Origin: Patescibacteria group bacterium
GTDB lineage: Bacteria > Patescibacteriota > Minisyncoccia > Phycocordibacterales > SIBU01
Length of the DNA: 64,000 nucleotides
NCBI GenBank assembly: GCA_040390045.1
Contig: JAZJZC010000005.1
Location: 3,360-67,359, forward strand
Reading direction: 5' to 3'
Both the position numbers and the translations under genes were made by a program. Each line of letters starts with the position of its first letter. Position 1 is the first letter of the stretch. Below the pieces are notes generated by a model. The model had not been told where the DNA came from, ran no database searches, and saw only the letters and a program-made list of their open reading frames with translations. This document shows, piece by piece, positions 59,375-64,000 of this stretch.

Positions 59375-61393
59375 TTACACTCCCAAGAGTACCGGAATCA
59401 CAATCGGTCGTTTTGCTGTTTTTTGGAATAGGAATCGGCCGACGTTATCGGTCAAAACATTTTTAACATATTCGAAGTTGATTGGATTCATGCCGGCTGT
59501 TGTGTCTTCGATAGTTTTCTTGATGATGATGCGTGTTTGGTGCAACAGATCCTGCGATTCACGAAGGTATACGAAACCGCGAGAAATAATATCAGGACTT
59601 TTTTTCAATTTTCCGTTTGTAGTGTTGACGCTCGCAATGATGACGAACATGCCGTCTTGCGCCAACATTTGTCGGTCGCGAATAACCACTTCCTGAATAT
59701 CTCCAACAGAGAAACCGTCAACCATGACAATTCCCGATGGGGCTTTTTCTTTGAGCCGAACCAGTTTCATTTCTCCGAGTCCCTTCGAGGAGTCGGCACC
59801 ATTTTGAATTTCAAACACGGTGCCGTTGTCAGGTACGCCAACGCTTTCTGCGGCCATGCCGAGAGATTTAGCGAGTTCTTCATGCACGCGAAGCATGTAG
59901 TGATTGCCGTGAATGGGCATGAAGAATTTTGGTTTGATGTGCTTGTGCAACCATTCGAGTTCACCGCGATTGCCGTGGCCAGTCGAGTGAATATAGACAT
60001 CCGAAGATCGGTAGTGAATGATTTTCGCGCCTTGTCGAGCGAGGTTGTCTTTCAATTTTTGAACGGCCTTTTCGTTGCCGGGAATAATTGATGATGAAAG
60101 CAAGACAGAGTCTCGCGGCGTAATTTTAAAGTATTTGTGAGATTTGTTTGACATGCGCATGAGTGATGCGAATTCATCTCCTTGAGCTCCAGTGACGAGC
60201 GCGATCAAACGATCAGGTGGATAGCTATCCATTTCCTCTGGCGTAATGAGCGTATCTTTTTTTACTTTCAAGATGCCCATGTTTTTAACAATCTCAATGT
60301 TGTTTTTCATGCCACGGCCGTCGACGACAACTTTTTTGCCGTATTTTTCAGCCGATGAAATGATGTTCATCATACGTTCGAGTTGAGAAGCAAACGTCCC
60401 GATGATCAAACGATTTTTGGTGTTCTTGATAATTTCGTCGAGATTTTTGTGCACCAAACGTTCCGGTGTTGAGAAGCCTGGGTTGTCGATGTTGGTTGAG
60501 TCCATCATAAGAAACAGCACATTGGAATCTTTGAAACGCGCGTATTCTTTTTCTTCGGCCTCAGTGGGAACGCCGTCAACATGATCGAGTTTGATGTCTC
60601 CTGGGTTTACGATATCTCCGTACGGAGTTTCGATAATAATTCCCATTGAGTCTGGAATGGTGTGGGTTACCGAAAAGAATTTTACTTTCAGGTTTCCAAT
60701 TTTGAGTGTGTCCTCTTTCTCCACGATTTTTAGATCAAGTGGAGCAAGATGAGGAAATTCTTCCTGTCGCTTTTTAACCATCATGCCTGTGAGTGCTCTC
60801 GTATAGATCGGCGGATTGCCGATTCTGTCCATGATGTAGGGAATACCACCGATGTGATCGAGGTGGCCGTGAGTGATGATGAGTGCGCGGATTTTATCCT
60901 TGCGTTCTTCGAGATATTTAGTGTTTGGCAAAATATAATCGATGCCTGGCGTGTCTTCTTCTTTAAATTGGAAACCAGCGTCAATGACAATAATGTCGTT
61001 GCCGAATTCCACCATAGTCATGTTTTGACCGATCTGTTCCACTCCTCCAAGCGGAATAATGCGAATACTGTCTGCCGCCAGTGGGGGAATAACACTTTCG
61101 ATTTTTTTAGCACCCATGGCGCTACCGCCTGCATGAGCTGGGCGAGAACCGCGTCCGTGACGAGGTCGGTCCATTTTTTTGCCACCAAAGCCTCGCAACG
61201 TCTTCGAGTCTCCATGATTTGAGTGAGCGGCGTGAGTAGCGTGTGGCGCATGTGTGGTAGCAGCCGCGTGAGTTACAGAAGCCACTTTTGTGTGGCTGTG
61301 ATGTGCACTGTTGCCCAAATCAGAAGTTCTCTGAAATGCTGGAGCTGCTGCTCGAGCCCTAGGGGCGGGTTTTTGAATTTTGTCTTTGTCCAT
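59375..61393 (-). CDS. rnj: ribonuclease J with long low-complexity N-terminal extension
   Basis: PLGGVEQIGQN, THGHLDHIGG, HTIPD, DSTN, HSTGH, PIHG. Confidence 0.97.
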   Translation of the reverse strand: MDKDKIQKPAPRARAAAPAFQRTSDLGNSAHHSHTKVASVTHAAATTHAPHATHAAHSNHGDSKTLRGFGGKKMDRPRHGRGSRPAHAGGSAMGAKKIESVIPPLAADSIRIIPLGGVEQIGQNMTMVEFGNDIIVIDAGFQFKEEDTPGIDYILPNTKYLEERKDKIRALIITHGHLDHIGGIPYIMDRIGNPPIYTRALTGMMVKKRQEEFPHLAPLDLKIVEKEDTLKIGNLKVKFFSVTHTIPDSMGIIIETPYGDIVNPGDIKLDHVDGVPTEAEEKEYARFKDSNVLFLMMDSTNIDNPGFSTPERLVHKNLDEIIKNTKNRLIIGTFASQLERMMNIISSAEKYGKKVVVDGRGMKNNIEIVKNMGILKVKKDTLITPEEMDSYPPDRLIALVTGAQGDEFASLMRMSNKSHKYFKITPRDSVLLSSSIIPGNEKAVQKLKDNLARQGAKIIHYRSSDVYIHSTGHGNRGELEWLHKHIKPKFFMPIHGNHYMLRVHEELAKSLGMAAESVGVPDNGTVFEIQNGADSSKGLGEMKLVRLKEKAPSGIVMVDGFSVGDIQEVVIRDRQMLAQDGMFVIIASVNTTNGKLKKSPDIISRGFVYLRESQDLLHQTRIIIKKTIEDTTAGMNPINFEYVKNVLTDNVGRFLFQKTAKRPIVIPVLLGV

Positions 61394-61405
61394 AATTAGT
61401 TAAAC

Positions 61406-61511
61406 ATACCAATCTACTAATGAATACGAATCTGCGAATAACTACTAATGTTACGCTCGCGGTTTATTCGCAGTTATTAGTAGTATTAGTATAATTCGTA
61501 TATTAGTATTA
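61406..61511 (-). repeat. ~107-bp fold-back intergenic element, copy 2
   Basis: Reverse complement of 56475-56582. Confidence 0.9.
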
Positions 61512-61520
61512 ATTATTAAT

Positions 61521-63296
61521 TTATTGTTTCTTAGCAAATATTTTCCACACGCTCTCTGTCTCAACGTACCACTTTTCGACATTCATAAAACGTTCTGCTG
61601 GCGTGGTGATAAGTCCCATGCTGAAACCTTGCAAAGTTTTCGGCACAACGTAGAGAAAGTCTGGTGAGTAGATAAATATAGCAGGTACACTCTCGACAAT
61701 CTCTTTTTCTAACTCACCGTATTTTTCGAGACGAATTTCTCGGTCAGCAATCGTTCGAGTGTCTTCAAGTAATTTGTCAGCCTGAGCGTTTGTGTAGAGT
61801 GCGACGTTGAGTCCTGGGTCATTTCTTTGCGATGAATGCCAAAAGGCAAACAAATCAAGATCGCGGCCGATGATTTCACCGAAGAGTAAGCTGTCATACT
61901 TTCTTGGTCGGATGACATTTTGGTTGAGCTCTCCGATATCAAAAATTTTCACTTCGATCTGCGCACCCAAACTTTCTCCCATGTCTTTTATCATGAGCGC
62001 TACAGCTTTTAGCTCTGGCGCATCTGAGGTGCTAATTGAAAAGGCGAGAGGTGTTACTACCTTTTTAACCGTTTTTTCGTAGACATTTTTCTCCTCGTTA
62101 AATTTCCAGCCAGCTTTCTCAAGAATATTTTTTGCTGCTGCAATTCTTTCCACATTACTTTTATAAATGACAGCGAGAGGAGCGCTGGCAGAACTACTTT
62201 TTTGAATGAGTCCCGGCGGAATCGGGCTATCGATGGCAATACCTTCTCCTAACAAAACATTTTCGACAATCGATTCTTTGTTGATAACGGTATTTAAAGC
62301 ATCGCGTACCTCTTTGTTGGCGAGAACTGGCGCTTGGTTCTGATTGAAAAATAAAGCGAAAATTCTTGGGAGAGGAGTTCGTTCTATTTGAGCGTCGCTA
62401 TCCTGTATCACCGTCACTTGTTGTGGTGAAATGCCCGCAACACTTTCAATGCTTTTATTATTTAATGCATTTAAAACGTTGTTGCTATTTTGATAAAAAT
62501 GTAAAATTAAATTTTTAATTAACGGCTCGCCGAAGACATATTTATTGAAAGATTCCAGGTTGTATGACAACGGGATGCCGGCCGAATTTTTGCTGATACT
62601 TTTTATTGTATACGGGCCAGATCCGATAGGCTCGGTATTAAATTTACTAAATTGAAATTCCTCACCGGTGATGTCGTTCCAAATGTGTTTCGGCAAAATT
62701 CCCAAAGTGGTATTTTCTAGAAATGGCGAGTACGGTTGTTTCAAGGTCAATTTCACCTGATAGTCATTTACTTTTTCAACTTGAACTCCTTCCCAATTTG
62801 CTCGTTTAGGACTTTTTAATGTTGGGTCCTGAGCTTTCCCAATGGTGAAAACTACATCATCAGCGGTGATTGGCGATCCGTCGTGGAATGTCAAACCTTT
62901 TTTTAGGACGAAGGTGTAGGTTAATCCGTCTTCTGATATTGAATAACTTTCGGCGAGATTTGGCACCAGGGTTCCGTTATCAATTGGTTTCAAAAGTCCT
63001 GAGTAAGTCAGCGCGGTAAGATCTCGATCGGCGTCAGAAATGGCGAGGATTGGATTGATAAAACGTGGCAAGCCGATCACCCCTTCTGAGAGTGTACCTC
63101 CGCGGGCAGGGACAATCACCATGAAGGCACCATTAATTTGCCAGAGCAAACTGAGGGTGCTCACACTTAACGCGACCGCGAAAAAGTAAAAAATTACTTT
63201 TTCGGTCAACGAAAAACGGCTCACCGTGTTTTCAATCGACTGGGCTTTTGGAATATTAAAACGTTTGACGAAGATATTTTTGAATAGGTCTTTCAC
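61521..63296 (-). CDS. family 5 peptide ABC transporter substrate-binding protein
   Basis: P.LAESY.IS.DG.TYTF.LK, FHDG.PITADDV.FT, PIGSGPY. Confidence 0.93.
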   Translation of the reverse strand: MKDLFKNIFVKRFNIPKAQSIENTVSRFSLTEKVIFYFFAVALSVSTLSLLWQINGAFMVIVPARGGTLSEGVIGLPRFINPILAISDADRDLTALTYSGLLKPIDNGTLVPNLAESYSISEDGLTYTFVLKKGLTFHDGSPITADDVVFTIGKAQDPTLKSPKRANWEGVQVEKVNDYQVKLTLKQPYSPFLENTTLGILPKHIWNDITGEEFQFSKFNTEPIGSGPYTIKSISKNSAGIPLSYNLESFNKYVFGEPLIKNLILHFYQNSNNVLNALNNKSIESVAGISPQQVTVIQDSDAQIERTPLPRIFALFFNQNQAPVLANKEVRDALNTVINKESIVENVLLGEGIAIDSPIPPGLIQKSSSASAPLAVIYKSNVERIAAAKNILEKAGWKFNEEKNVYEKTVKKVVTPLAFSISTSDAPELKAVALMIKDMGESLGAQIEVKIFDIGELNQNVIRPRKYDSLLFGEIIGRDLDLFAFWHSSQRNDPGLNVALYTNAQADKLLEDTRTIADREIRLEKYGELEKEIVESVPAIFIYSPDFLYVVPKTLQGFSMGLITTPAERFMNVEKWYVETESVWKIFAKKQ

Positions 63297-63306
63297 AAAG
63301 AGGTCG

Positions 63307-63420
63307 ATACGAAAATACGAAATTTATTTACGAAAATACGAAATCATACGAAAATTATAGTGATGCCAGAAAGTTTTCGTAAGCGTTCGTATTTTCGTAC
63401 CCCTTTCGTATGTTCGTACT
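63307..63420. repeat. bipartite TACGAAA / TTTCGTA fold-back repeat element
   Basis: Fills most of the secG-SBP gap; layout as 39576-39685. Confidence 0.75.
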
Positions 63421-63424
63421 ATAG

Positions 63425-63655
63425 TTATTTAATGATAAGTGCTAAAAATGCCGAAACGGCAAAAAGGATTGCCAAGATAATGGTGACGTTAAAAATAAAT
63501 TTTTCTGAGCCTCGTCGGGTATGATGTCCTGAACTGAAGTTGTCCCCAAGTCCACCTCCAAGTCCTGATGCAGTGCGCTGAAGGAGTACACCAACGGTGA
63601 GGAGCACCGCCAAAACAACCTGAATATAAGGTAAGAAACTAGAAATTAACGTCAT
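63425..63655 (-). CDS. secG: preprotein translocase subunit SecG
   Basis: VLLQ..GLGG..G...TRRG.EK with two TM helices; start moved to ATG 63655. Confidence 0.92.
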   Translation of the reverse strand: MTLISSFLPYIQVVLAVLLTVGVLLQRTASGLGGGLGDNFSSGHHTRRGSEKFIFNVTIILAILFAVSAFLALIIK

Positions 63656-63707
63656 TCGGGACAGAATAGCATACCAAGTTGAGAAACGCAACCTGGTAGA
63701 ATCAAGA

Positions 63708-63727
63708 CCTATCTGCCGGTAGGCAGG
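63708..63727. repeat. variant of the 20-bp CCTGCCTGCCGGCAGGCAGG palindrome
   Basis: cctatctgccggtaggcagg. Confidence 0.75.
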
Positions 63728-63780
63728 TTCAAGAATAAGACCGAGATAAAAAAAGAAAAACCCGCGGCTAAGGGTTAGAC

Positions 63781-64000
63781 CTATGTCGCGGGGGTATACA
63801 CACTTTGTGGTTTTGCTTCTTCCCGTTCGGCCCATTTTTTCGTGAGGGTCTTTCCGAGCGGTGAGTCGACCTCCTCCCTCATGTGGGCGCAGGTTACAAT
63901 ATACCGGGCTTCTTCGGCGGTCATTCGTTTCTGCGCAATAGCCTCCCACTCAGGTGGCAAATTTTTTGCTGCCTCCATACATTCGGCAATCTCTTCGTCA
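63781..64000 (-). CDS. 3' end of a hypothetical protein (start probably outside the window)
   Basis: ORF near the window edge ending before a hairpin and U tract. Confidence 0.4.
   Translation of the reverse strand, partial: DEEIAECMEAAKNLPPEWEAIAQKRMTAEEARYIVTCAHMREEVDSPLGKTLTKKWAEREEAKPQSVYTPAT

Noticed and set aside
63656-63949. N-terminal extension of SecG in the ORF track
   Set aside because: It spans a terminator, a repeat and another ORF; a -10 box 7 nt before ATG 63655 gives a normal 76-aa SecG.

Overview
Chromosomal segment from a reduced-genome bacterium, most consistent with Parcubacteria (CPR/Patescibacteria). This assignment is inferred from gene content and spacing; TGA is used as stop, so the code is standard 11. 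It contains housekeeping genes (DEAD helicase end, msrAB, livKHMGF, ahcY, zwf/gnd, tandem plant-type Ddl, M1 aminopeptidase, tsaC, a full F1Fo atp operon with an inserted orphan, rnj, secG) and scattered, very divergent nucleotide/proline biosynthesis genes (pyrC/D/E/F, purN, purM, proB). Main observations: (1) an apparently split, modular dikinase system, with one stand-alone PEP-synthase-type ATP-grasp gene and four paralogues carrying a phospho-His swivel domain behind variable N-terminal domains, plus neighbouring histidine phosphatases; (2) a classical-looking proline attenuator (leaderless PPAP leader peptide, antiterminator, terminator) ahead of proB; (3) several families of intergenic repeats, including a duplicated ~107-bp element with a compensatory base change, zero-loop palindromes, and a 20-bp palindrome inserted into heptamer tracts; (4) widespread leaderless promoter architecture. 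No rRNA, tRNA, CRISPR, integrase or transposase was recognised. All calls are by eye from motifs; no database searches were run.
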